Of a DNA stretch of 64,000 nucleotides, positions 1 through 11,760 are shown in pieces. The first letter of the stretch is position 1; each line of letters begins with the position of its first letter. The DNA lies in NCBI GenBank assembly GCA_977017575.1, contig CDRNVI010000139.1:62001-126000 (forward strand). The letters are read 5' to 3'. The notes beneath the pieces are model-generated. The model had not been told where the DNA came from. It ran no database searches and worked only from the letters and a program-made list of their open reading frames with translations. The translations under genes and the position numbers were made by a program. Origin of the DNA: Paramoeba atlantica (lineage: Eukaryota; Protista; Discosea).

Positions 1-3000
1 CTATTTTTTTTTTTGCAGCCGACCCTTTTTTTTTTTGAATTCCACTTGCAGGAAAAAGTGATGCCACATGTTTTGTATAACTATTCGGATATCTTCTTTC
101 TGACATATGACCATAAACTGAAACTTGAAGTTGTATTTTTTTATTTTTCCGATCATAATCGTTGTTTCTTACATTGCTTTTATTATAGAGTTCGGAGATA
201 ATGAGAGTTTTAATCGAACGCTATTCAGAAATGCAAAAAAAAGAAGTTGACAAGAAAGAAGAAGAGATCGAACCATGGATTCCTCCTGCACTTGAAGAAC
301 ACCTTCGTCGTTCAATTCAAAATCGCTTGAATATGTCTGACTCTTCCTCTTCTTTCTTTTCCTTTTTCTCTTTTTTTCTCACACAAAAGAGCAGAACACG
401 AATGTCAAGGCTGCTTCGAGTTCTTGGTGGGTGGATTGATCGACGACCTGCTTCCTTTTTGAGTTCTTCTCAACTTATGGCGCAGTTATTAGGGTTTTTA
501 CAAGCGGAATGTGAGAGTCCTTATCCTGTGGTTGCCCAGAGTGCTGTTGAGGCGAGAAGATCTTTGTTTCAGAAAATTTTCAAGTTTTTCTTTTGTATTT
601 TATTTTGAAGTTAGTTGTCAAGATTTCGGTTTTGACTGGGGAAAAATAGGGAAGATGAAGGAGGCGCGGTTGTGCCAACTCTGGATGACGAAGAAGGAGA
701 GATGTACTCAATCTTTTTTCGATTTAAACCAAAAAAGATTGCTGACCAAGTACTTTTTTCCCTTCTTTATACCCAAAATCTTGCTCATTGACATTTACAG
801 TTGACATGGATTGATGCCAATATAATTTTCCCTTCTTTTTCTTCGGAAGATATTCTGTTAATGAGGTCCTTTTCTTTCTTTTACTCCTTCTTTCTTGTTT
901 TTATCTCATGCATTTTTTTTTGAACAGGTCACCAGAGAAAGTTCCAAAGAGGTATATGGCACTTTCGTGTTGGGTTGAAAAAGAGCTTCTTGAATGTCCT
1001 CCGTCCCAACGTTTGAGAATGACTGAAGCGATTATCGAAGTAATGCACCATCTCTTCACAATGAGGAATTTTTTTTCTTACAATGCATTTAAGGATGCAA
1101 TGGGGGACAAGTTCTCATTTTTCTCATTTTTTCATTCATGAAAATTGAATCTGATTTATTTTTTCTCTGTGGGTAGACCACTCCGAAGTGCAACTGGAAA
1201 TGTTTGGGAGAAAGGGACAAAACTTCGACCAGCTGCTCACGCTCTTTGGTCCCCTCTTCGGGTTCTTTTTCCATTTTTTTTTTCTGATTCAGAAATGAAA
1301 AAGATAGCGGTGTGAGGGGACCTTTGATTTAATTTTGTTTTTCTTCACAGGCACCAGAAATTGTGGATTTGTATAAACCCGCAAAATTTAATGCTTATTT
1401 TGAAGCTGTTTCGTTATTTTCGTTATTTGATTAATTTTTCTTCTGTAAAATTAATGCTTTTTTCTCAATTCCAGCAAAAAGATCCAAAATTACCATTTGT
1501 TGGATCTTCATTTAACAAACTCGTCTTTGTTGGTGAAAAATATAAGGCTTATGCCCCACCACGCGATGGACTCTTACTGTTTGAGCGATGTCGAGCAGAG
1601 GGTGAGCTCTCTTTATGGTTGATGAAGGTGTTTTCGGTTGCGAATCGAAAATATCATCTCACTGTGATCCCTGAAATTGTACAACATTTAATTAATGTCA
1701 AGGTTCAGATCCATTTTTTTTTCATTTTCATTCAATTTTTTCGGATTTCGTTCTCAAAATTTGGATGTAGGGCTTTCGATCAGATGTGAAACAGCACAAA
1801 AAGATTGCAAGAAATTTTGGAAAGCAATTGCAACAAGATGTTGGTCCTGATGATGATGATGTATCTCCTTCTGAAATTGGTGGGTCATCTCTTCTTGAAA
1901 GCTCTGCTGATGAAACTCGTGTTGACGTTGAGGTAATATTTCTTACTTTTTCAAAAAACGAAAAAGAGAATTTTTTGTGACCAACTTGTATTAGGTGACA
2001 TTACTAACTGGTCGCGCATCTTTTGTCTCTTTGTCGGATCGTTTGCGGAATGAAGTTTGGAGTGAGTGGTTGGCACATATTACAAAGGAACATCTTGCAG
2101 CAAGGTCTGATGTCACAATGAAAGTTCCGCGAGAGGATGCGTCTTGGGGAGACTTGAAAAAATATTTTTCGACTTTGAAGCAGATTGTGAGGTGTTCTCC
2201 TCTTCTTCGTGATCAACAGTCCCCTGTTGGATCGTTCACACATCTCCTTCTTCAATCAGAGGGTAAATTAGCCTCTTTTTTTTTGTTTTCCAAGTCATGT
2301 CATATTCGTTTCTGACGATTTGGTTGTTTGTAGCTCTTGAAGTGACGGCAGCTTCTCTCTTATCGTTGTTTCCGAAGGAGGAGACACTCAGGAAATTTAC
2401 AGATATTCTTGTTTTGATCTTTGGGGGATCATTTCCAGTTTTGTTTTTTTATCTTTTATCTTTTTCTCCTTTCTTTCTTTACTGAATTAAAGGTTCAAAG
2501 GCGACACAAATGACCCAAGCAATCTCGGAGGTATTTTCTCTTTTTCTCTCTCTTTCTGTCCTCTATTTTCAAGAATAAGTCTTATTTTTCTCCTGGTAGC
2601 TGATTGAATTTGGAAATAAAATGAGCTCAATCAAAGATTTATCACGGAATGTCATCTGGAAGTTTATTTCTCTTATCAAACTTTTTCAACCACTCTTCAT
2701 TCTCTCTGAGGTTTCTCTTTTCTCATTAATAACAAAATAAGTTTTTCGAATTTCGATTTTTGACAGGCTTTTTGAATAGACATGTTTTGCCAACATTGAA
2801 AAATGTTGGAGATTATTTGTGATGCTGTTCGAGATGATCAAAGTGTGGCAGAAATCAGGTCTCCTTTTTCTTTCTTGTCTTTTGTGTTCTCCTTTTTCTT
2901 AAACCCTTTTGCAGATCAAAACCGATCTCAAGAATTAAAAGATGCTGTTTGGGACGCATATCAAATCTCTTCGTACTGGAGCCGGGTTTTAGAAGATGCT

Positions 3001-4747
3001 TATCTCTCGTATTGATCTTTTTCTTTTTTTTTGGTAGTGGATGGAGGATGGATCTTCTCGAGTTTTTTCAATTAATTTCACTTTATCTTTGCCAGAACCG
3101 TTTGTAATATTCCTCCATCAGCTTTGAATTTTCCTGAGGTTTCGAGTTAATTTTTTTCTTGTGTCTTGAAGTTGTCTGAATTATTTGGTCATAGATGAGA
3201 AAACTTTTGAAATTGACTTCCGATTCACAAAAAAAAGATCGTTTGGCACTTCTCGAAAAAAATAAAGCGGCTGGTTCTCTCTCTCTCCGGATCTTTCCTT
3301 TTCCTTCTCTTTTTTCTAACAAAGGATTGTAGGAATGGAAATAATTGCGTTGGTTTCGGACCATCTCGGAGAAATTAACCTCGAGATTGCAGAAGCAAAA
3401 GGAGAGGAAACGAAAGGGGAGGAGACGGAGCGAGTCTCAAAGGAGACAATGAATCTTCAGTTTGATGAAATGGGAGGGGATCAATTGTTAAAATTGATTA
3501 AGAAAACAACAAAAGCGTATTTGCAGAGTACTCGAGCCATTGTTCAAGAGGAAGAAGAGGGATCTGGATGGGAGGCTGTGTGTCGCTTTTTTGATGAGTT
3601 ATCTGTTTTGGTGTGTTTTTCATATTTTTTTAAATTTTCAACTAAGAAAGAGATCTGACTTTTGAATATGTAGTTGAAGGAGAGAATGAGATCTTTTTTG
3701 GCCCTCTGTGATCTTGTTGAAGATGTGAAAAACACCCTCCATTCGGTAAATTTCAGCTTTTCTGTCATATTTTTTGGTTTGTTTTTACTCACAAGAGGTT
3801 TTTTCAAGATGGTCAGTAAAATGCTTGAAGAGACATATGAAGGATTCAAAGCAGACCCCGAATCTCGTCACAAGGATCGTGATTTCTATCTTCGCACCCT
3901 CAACAGGTATTTAATTAATCTTTTGATCACAATGAAAAGGGGGAGGATGTTGGGATTGAAAACCAAATCCACCAGAATCGGGCAACTTGGACTCAAATCT
4001 GAAAGTGAAGAGGACTTACGATTCTCCACATCTGTGGATGGGGCGCTTTCTTCAGGTCCAGTTCGCAGAAATTTCCAACATCGAAAAACGTATCTTATTT
4101 TTTTCTCTTCTGTCCATCTCTTTCTCCTTTCTTTCTCTCCGAACAACCCTCTGTAAAACCAAGAAACTTTTCACCAAAAGGCGCTGTGGCGGAGTGGTTA
4201 ACGCGGTAGACTGCTAATCTATTTCCCTCTGGGAGCGTGAGTTCGAATCTCACCGGCGTCGTTTATTTTTTTTCTCATTTTTTTTGAAACTCATCTTTTC
4301 TTTTTTTGACAGACTCAATGATTTTGCATCCTATCTGGAGAATCCAGGTGGAGCTCCACCTATTGGCCAAAAAGCCAATGATCCAGAAATTGGCGCTACT
4401 TCAGAGCCGAGGTTCTTTTTTTATTTTTTAAATCATGAAATTTCAGAGCTAAATTTTTTAAAAATAAGTGTTGGTGATTTGGGGCTTGGTGATCTCAGTG
4501 GTCCTTCTCCTGGTCTTACTCCACCACAGAACTTAACTCCTCTTTTTGGACGAAAAAAGTTCTCATTTTATTTTTGATAAAATTTTAATGAATTTTCTCA
4601 TTCAAACATTTTCACAGAACATCTTCGAAGAAGAGCCTTTTTGGAAAAAAGAAAAAGAAGGGTAAAGAGGATTCTAAAGCGATGAAAAAAAAGAAGGAAG
4701 CTGAAGATAGAGGGAGAGAAGAAATGATCGATATGTTTTTTTCTTAA
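1..4747 (+). CDS. RasGEF (REM + CDC25 domain) with a long C-terminal extension; multi-exon, 5' end outside the window
   Basis: REM-like SDIFFLTY..IMRVLIERY and RLLRVLGGWIDRR. CDC25-like IADQ|LTWIDAN, LSCWVEKELL..MHHLFTMRNFFSYNAF, KLPFVGSSFNKLVFV, YHLTVIPEIVQHL. Spliced last exon (phase 2, starts 4618) ends ..EEMIDMFFS* with TAA at 4745-4747. Confidence 0.8.
4180..4261 (+). tRNA. tRNA-Ser(GCU): tRNA-Ser, anticodon GCT, long variable arm, no tRNA intron
   Basis: Acceptor stem GGCGCTG/CGGCGTC, D-arm TGGCGGAGTGGTTAACGC, anticodon arm GTAGA-CTGCTAA-TCTAT, variable arm TTCCCTCTGGGA, T-arm GTGAG-TTCGAAT-CTCAC, discriminator G, then a T-run (Pol III terminator). Confidence 0.97.
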
Positions 4748-4823
4748 AAAGAAGAAATCATAAAATTTGAACACAGATTTTGGGCATTTTCATTAATGTT
4801 TTGATCGATAAAAAAATTCTGAT

Positions 4824-6494
4824 TCACTCAAAGGTGATTTTAGAGACCTTTAAAAGCCATTCCCTCCACATCAAATCAAATTCTCTGATAGCTATTTCTT
4901 GAGTTTTTTGCTCTAACGCCTCCAATGAATTTTTTGCAAAGGTATAGAGATCTGCAAGACTCAATTCCCATTGACAAAAGACTACCATCCAATCATATGT
5001 GACGAGATCATATCCAAACATTCCTGGGTCATCAGAGGAAATGGTTAATTTGACCCCATGGCGATGGAGAGCTCGAGAAGGATGGACACGGAGATCAGCA
5101 ATGTAACCAAGAAGATGATTTGAGATTGGGCAACACTCAAGGATGGTGTTTGCTTTTTTGCACATCTGAATCAGAGTTGGGTGATGGATGAGAGCAAAAC
5201 CATGACCAATTCGAGGACACTCAAGGCTGAGTGCCGTATAAAGCTCATCATTAGCAGGCAATATCGATTCCCCTTTTGTTTTGTTCAGTTTCCAAAAATC
5301 ACAGAATCAAAAAAACACAAAAAAAAACAAATACCAGCATGCATGACATATTGAGCATCGATTTTCTTTTCTTTTGCTTCTTCAAGAACTCGATGAAGAT
5401 CCTTTGCATAATCGTGAAGAGGTCTCAAAGAATCTTCATGTCCAACAAGATCAAATCCATCCACATAATTGGGATAGTCTTGTTTAAGTTTGGCATAGAC
5501 TCCCGCCCACTCTCCAACCTTTTCTAAAAAAAGATATAAAGAAAAAGTTGAGAAATAAGACTAAAACAAGTCTCAAACCTGGAGTTTCAAATTTCAAACA
5601 ACAAAAAACAAGGCGAGCTCCAACAAATCCTGGATGTTCTTTCTTGAATAGATCCACAACTCTTGCAAACATTTTCATCAGATCATCTAATGAAACAATT
5701 TCCTGTTTCCCTTCTGGTGTATATTTTTTGTAAGGGAGAGACATAATTGTCTTCACCATGACAAAGATAACACCTTCTGAGAATTGAGCTTCAAGAAGTT
5801 TCCAGAGCAATCCTCCCCTCTCTCTCTCCTCTTCAGTTTTTGCGCTTTCTTTCCCACGAGAATGACCAAACCAAAAGTCAATGGAGTTGGCAATAGATTT
5901 TGCTCTTCCCCAGACATCATTGAAATCACTCCATGGGTATGGCGCGGTTGTTGGTCGTAAAGGAGAAGAATCTGGAATCGAGGTTGCCGAAGGGGGAGCA
6001 AGAATGAAAAAATCTCTCACATCACCCACAGGGAGTTCAGTGATCGGAACCCATCCTTCTTTTTCACAATTTCCTTCAACTCTGTATTCAATTGTTCCTC
6101 GAAGGACGACTTCTTCTTGGCCCCAAAGGTTGATGGTCTCTCTCTCATGGCCCATCCAAACACGAATAAGAGGGTCAGTGATCAAAGACTCATACCACAT
6201 CTCGAAAGAAGCCGCAGCAACTGAATGGATGTGGAGGTGAGCACCTTTTGGCATCTCTTTCAAAGTTTGGAAGAGTCGGCTTTCTTTCATCTTCACAAAG
6301 TTATCGAGCTTGAAGAGATGAGCATCAGACTCGATGGCATTGAGACGCAATCGTTTGAGAACCTCAAAAGCAGACGCTTCCAATTCTTTCTGGTCTGGGA
6401 GGTGCTCAGAAGAATGGTGAGAGACAAGTGTTCGATCTTCAAGCCTCAAAGCATCAATAGTTTCATGAATCTCACGCAAGCCAGCGACCGCCAT
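4824..6494 (-). CDS. Adenosine deaminase, ADA2/ADGF (CECR1)-like; 3 exons
   Basis: GAHLHIHS, GFDLVGHED (spliced exon 2), MHAG|ESI, RIGHG, ECCPISNHLLGYIADLRVHP, ISSDDPGMFG. All metal and catalytic residues are present. First ATG at 6494. Confidence 0.92.
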
Positions 6495-6747
6495 AACGCA
6501 CAAAACCACGCCGAACGAGCAAACGACAAAAAGAGAAAAGGTGAGAGGAGAAAAAGATGCGAAAAAGGAGAAAAAGGGATGAAAAAGGGGGTTAAATTGA
6601 AAAATATGGATAATTTTTTTCCAGACTAAAATTGGATGTAAATTTTTATTTCCATATTATTTGAATCTCTGTGTGAAAAGTCGAGGAGAGTTTTGTTTCT
6701 TTTTGTGTCTTTTGGTTTGTTGGTTTGTTTTTTTTGGGGTGGTGGGG

Positions 6748-9700
6748 ATGAATGGGATTTGGTCTTTGCTTCTATTTGTTCCTCCTTTGTATCTTTTGTT
6801 GGAGGGTCCTCGATATGGGGTTTCTCTCCCAACAGATCCTTTCTTCAGGTAAAGAGAAAGAAAGAGAAGAAGATTTTTGCAAAAAGGTCCTTTTCACAAG
6901 TTTTAACTCAAGATTTCTCAGTGAATGGGCAAATTGTGGGGTTCTCTTTTCAATCATTCGAATCTTGATCTCTGCTTTTGTCTTTTTTACGTTTGTTCTT
7001 TCTTATTTTTGCATTGTTGAATTTTGTGTCGTCTCACTCTCTCTTCTTTCCTTTTCAAGATTCTGGGGTTCTTGTCTTTTGATTCTTTCATATCGTCGTT
7101 TCTTTCTCCGACGATTATTTTATGCCTCTTTCCCTCAGGTTTGAAAACAAGAGGAAAACACAAATGAAAAAAAGAGATTCAATTCCTGAAGTAAACACTC
7201 TTTCATCCTTCTAGATTCTCTTAACCTTCTTTGGAGTAACTCTCTACACAATCCTCTTTTCCTTTTTCATTGCAACTGAACCAACTCAATCAAACCAAGG
7301 TTTCTTTTTCTCTCATTTTTATTTTGAATCAAAATTATGGAATCAAAGTATTGATGAGTTTGATTGATGAGTTTGATTGACAAGTTTGAATTGATAAGTT
7401 TGATTGACAGTGGCGAGAAAATGGAGTGAGTTGTTATTTTTGGCGGCTGTTTCTGGTCCATTTCACTGGACCATTTTTCTTCAATTTTATTTTTTTATCT
7501 TCCCAAAATACATCAAAGCGCAGCAACAGGTCTTTTCCAATTTCATTTCCTCATTCATGTAACTCATGATTTTTGAACCGTAGGTTCGATTCTGTGAAAA
7601 AGTTCGAATTGTTTACAGTGATTCCTCCAATGTTTTGAATTTCTTTTCTTTTTCTCATCTTTTTCTTTCAATTTTAAAATTGTAAAATTAAAGAAGAGAA
7701 TTTAGGAACCCAAAGTAGAAAATTGGTCTGGAACCCATTCTTCAGAAAATTCAAAACCCGCTTCTTCCCCATCACTTTCTCTTGCAAGGGTTCTTTTAAG
7801 CTTTTTTTCTTCTTTTTCTTCTTTCTTTTTACTTTTGTTTTAGGAACTGTCTCAAAATAAGATTTTTGATGGATATGATGTTCAGTTGACAACCATGAGG
7901 TTTTTAAAAGAAGAAAAAGAAGAGAAATTGGGGAAAACAAGATCACACTAAAATATTAAATAGAGAATTTTCTTCTCTGGGTTTGGTTGGGAGTGGTGGT
8001 GATACTCGAATCTTGGATGGAGAAGAGGGAGAAAATGGTATTTGTTTATTGCTCTTTATTCTTGATCAATCTCAGGCTGTCTTTGAGAACGGAGTCTGGT
8101 TCTTTTTTGCTTTATTTATTTATTTTTTGTTTTAATTTACTGAGATTGATTCGCAAGTCGTTGGTTACAAGGAGAAACGAACTCTCGAATATTTGAAGGT
8201 TCTTTTTCTTTTTCTTTTTCTTTCTTTAAAAACTCTTTTCATCTTTTTGTTCAAGGAACACATGTTGGATATGAAAAGAATATCGTTTACACAGCTGAAG
8301 GGCAGAGAAGAATTGATTTAAATCGGCTCAAATATTCGATATTTGGATTCAATAGCTCCCTTGCGCCTGTCTCTTTTTCATTTGAATCAAAATTACTTGA
8401 TGAAATTCTTGTTGATTTTTCTCTTTTGCAGAGTTCTCTAGCTGATGAAGGGACTTTTATTCATGACTGGTTGGATGATGTTGGTTTATTTTCATTGACA
8501 AGAGCCTTCCTTAGGTTTGCAATTTTGTTACAGGTGTTTCTTTCTTGATTAAAATATTTTATTGATTTTTTTTTCAGGGCTCGAGAGTGGCCGTCTCAGG
8601 AATCAGGTTTTGATCAAAATCACTTTTTTTGAAAAAAAAAAATCTCATCATTCAGTTCAAAGATCAATCTCGAAAGAGTCGGTTTACTGAATGGGTTGGT
8701 TTCCTTGAACAATCAATGAAAAAATTTGTTGTAAACCCCCGTTCACCAACCTCGCGTCCTCTATCAGAGAGTGACCCATATCTCATTGATGAAGTCTTGA
8801 CCTGGGCTCTGAGCCCTCCTGGATTAGGTTTCTTTATTTTCTTCTGTTGTATTTTTGCAAACCATCTTCTCATGTTTTTTATTATTTAGGACGGGAAGTT
8901 TTAAAGATCAGGTTTGAAGATGTTTGAAGGACCACTTCTTTCCAATGGTTGACTCAAACAAATCCTTGCCTTTTATTAGAAACCGACCTCATGAATTGGA
9001 TGTCCATTCATCCCATTTATTTCTCTTTGCTGTGTTTTCTTCATATCGGTTCTTTTTCTCTTCGATTTATTGTGATGACGAGTTCTTGTTTAAAATGACA
9101 ATAGATGGTTTTATCTCCGAACTCAAATTTCCAATTGGGGAGAATCTGTTTTCGGTTTTGTGTCACCAATTTTTAACCTACCTTTTATTCCAAAATTCTT
9201 TTTTTTCTTGTTGTTCGTTTTTACGGTGGCTGTAAATCTATTGGATGCAACTCAAATTATCTCGATTGACTTCCCAGAAACAATTGACTTCAACAATATT
9301 CCGTTGGGAATATTTTTTGCAATCCGAATCCTCTTTACCATTGGACTAACCTGGACATATGTGTTTTTAGTGGAGGTAATGTTTCATTCTTGTAACTCAA
9401 TGAAATCTTAAATTTAACGAAGTTTGTAGCTTAACATTCTAGGATATTTTTGTGATTCATGTCGAGCTGGTGTGCCACATGACCATTCCGATCCTAACTC
9501 TTCCTCTTCTGATATTGTAGAAGATGATGCTGAAGAGTTGCAAGATGACGGACCTTTGACAGATTTTGCGACGTTCTACCCGACCATTTCTCCTCTTCCT
9601 CCCTCCCTCTCTCCAAAGTACGAAGGCAAGTATGATTTGGAAATGGAAGGAGAGAAGGCATGGCCTACAAAGGGTGAAGTTGAGAGTGAATTGGACAAAC

Positions 9701-11138
9701 GATTTGTTAATAATACGTATGCTTATCAAATAAAACCAAGTTTAGGTTTCAGTCGATTTTACTCGCATGAAGTGGCTCTGAGGTTGTGGGATTATTTTTA
9801 TAGCTCTTTCGGAAAGAATCTGAACAACAAAATAGGGATTTTCGGGAAACAAGCGTTGCTTGGACGAGCGATCCAGCCACGGGTGCCATATATTTCTTTG
9901 GAAGTAGCATGCAAGATGGTCAAACTGAAGAAGAGCAAGAGGAGGAGAAAGAAAAGCTCTCAGTTTTTGAAGACGATCCCAGAGAGGTTGCGCGAAATGT
10001 GGACCTTGTTCTGAGTAAGTTGCAAAGTGGTAAACCCATTCCGTTGGAACTACGAAGCCTTCTCTCTTGGAAAGTGTGGCGGCGATTGCTTCAGGTTTTT
10101 TTTTTTGGATCAATTTCGTTAGAATTGTTGCTAATATTGTTATTCTTCCCATTTTTGTGGTAGACTCCAATTTTGTTATCTCCAAAATTAGAAGATCAAC
10201 TTCACAAAAGGTGGGATGATATTGTTCTTAATACTCAGAAAGAGATCCAAGAAAATGGGCTGATACTGATGCCTGATGACCTCTTTCCTCCTGTTATTAT
10301 TTCAGCACTCCAAGACGCATATTTTCGAGTTTTGGAAGAATATTCAGGTCCTTCCATCACTCCTTTTCTTTAATCCTTATTTTTTTTTGGTTTGTTATTG
10401 AGCGAATGAACAGGACCTGAAGGATTAACTCAACCCTTTGTGACATGGAATGAAGAACCAATTGGTCGTTACTTAAATCATCAAATGACTCCTTTTATGC
10501 GACGGATTGTTGGAGATAAAGTTTGGTTTCCTTTCTGACAATCTTTGAACAGTTTTATTGATTTGATTAAAAACAGATTCTACATCCTGGGTTAACTCTC
10601 GCAATTTGGAATGGCGGAAAAGGGTTCCCCTTTCACACAGGTTGAACCAATCTTCTTTTAAAATATTTTTTTTTTTGTTTTCATCAATTACGAGAGGAGT
10701 AACTTTTTACAACAGACACAATTCCCCCTTTTGATATTACCCTGGATATTATGGTTTTACATCAAGGTTTCTCTTGATTATTGTAATTTAAAATCATTTT
10801 TTTCTTGAACTTAATGTTGTAGGTCCACATTTGAGGCCAATTTATTTTCTTGTTCGTGACAAAAATCACCGAACAATTCCCAGAGTTGCAAAGGTTTTCT
10901 CTCTTTCTTTCTTGATGTTTTTCTGTGCCTCAGTTTAGCCATTGTCCAGGTTGAACTTGATAAACCAGGATCTTCTGCCCTTTTCATTGGATCACATCTT
11001 CCTCATTTTGGTGGTGATCTTCCCAAGTTTTTTTCTTTTCTTTCTATTCGCTTGCTCTTCTGTTTTTCTGAGTTTTTTGGGAAAAGGGGATGTACACAAG
11101 CCGTTCTTCTTTTGACTTGGTCTTTTGTGGAGGATTAA
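6748..11138 (+). CDS. Polytopic membrane protein with C-terminal 2OG-Fe(II) oxygenase-like domain, paralogue A (about 20 exons)
   Basis: Starts MNGIWSLLLFVPPLYLLLE, followed by several hydrophobic exons. Spliced C-terminus FPFHT|DTIPPFDITLDIMVLHQ|GPHLRPIYFL..|VELDKPGSSALFIGSHLPHFGGDLP|KGCTQAVLLLTWSFVED*. Collinear with paralogue B throughout. Confidence 0.75.
7351..7410 (+). repeat. 13-bp intronic minisatellite (TTGATGAGTTTGA, about 4.5 copies) ending at the 3' splice site
   Basis: Units start at 7351, 7364, 7377, 7391 and 7404; the last unit supplies TTGACAG| (acceptor). Confidence 0.85.
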
Positions 11139-11269
11139 TATTTTCAAACATGTTATTTGTGACATTTTTTGACAAAATCATATTTTCATGATGAGACAAC
11201 AAACTTTTGCACGTTTTACTCACAAGTAAAATCCAAATATTTCAGATATACATTTTTTGAGCAGAAAAA

Positions 11270-11667
11270 AACTTGTAGTCAGGGAGTGCCTGAATAAGAG
11301 CTGCCTTCCTTGTCAACCCTTTCATGTTTCTTTTTTGGCTCAGCACGAAGTTCTTTGACAGTCAGAGAATCCAGAAATCGTTCTTCAGGATCCTTCTCTC
11401 CCTCTAACTCTCCCCTTTTTTTTCTTAGGCAATGTTGCCTCAGAGACAAACTTGTTAGCCTCCTGAGTATGACCTCTTTTCTTGGGACATGAAGAAGAAA
11501 ACCTATTTTTAAATTGAGAAAAGAAAAAAAGACCAACGGCAAAGTTGAGTCTTTTCAGACCCTAAACCGCCATGACTTTTGCATGCACAGGTGAAAGAAG
11601 TCAACTCTGTTGGTGAAAAGGAAACTGAACACTCGAAAAGAAGCTTGTTGCGCTGTTGTCTCTTCAT
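11270..11667 (-). pseudogene. Short or degenerate gene with a frameshifted SAP/HeH-like motif and a possible degenerate SWIM-like Cys motif
   Basis: ATG 11667 MKRQQRNKLLFECSVSFSPTELTSFTCACK..LC, then a GT-AG intron, then ..LDSLTVKELRAE. A one-base shift in an A6 run (about 11331-11336) continues KRNMKGLTRKAALIQAL. Confidence 0.45.
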
Positions 11668-11760
11668 TTTAATAAAATCATCGAAATTTCAATGATGATT
11701 CGTTGAGAGAGCACAAAAATTTTTTCTCGTGATTTTTTTTGTTGTTTTGGTGAATTCTTT

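Noticed and set aside
6495-6590. In-frame hydrophobic stretch upstream of the ADA ATG as a signal peptide
   Set aside because: No ATG and no acceptor AG in the stretch; it is best explained as a pyrimidine-rich 5' UTR.
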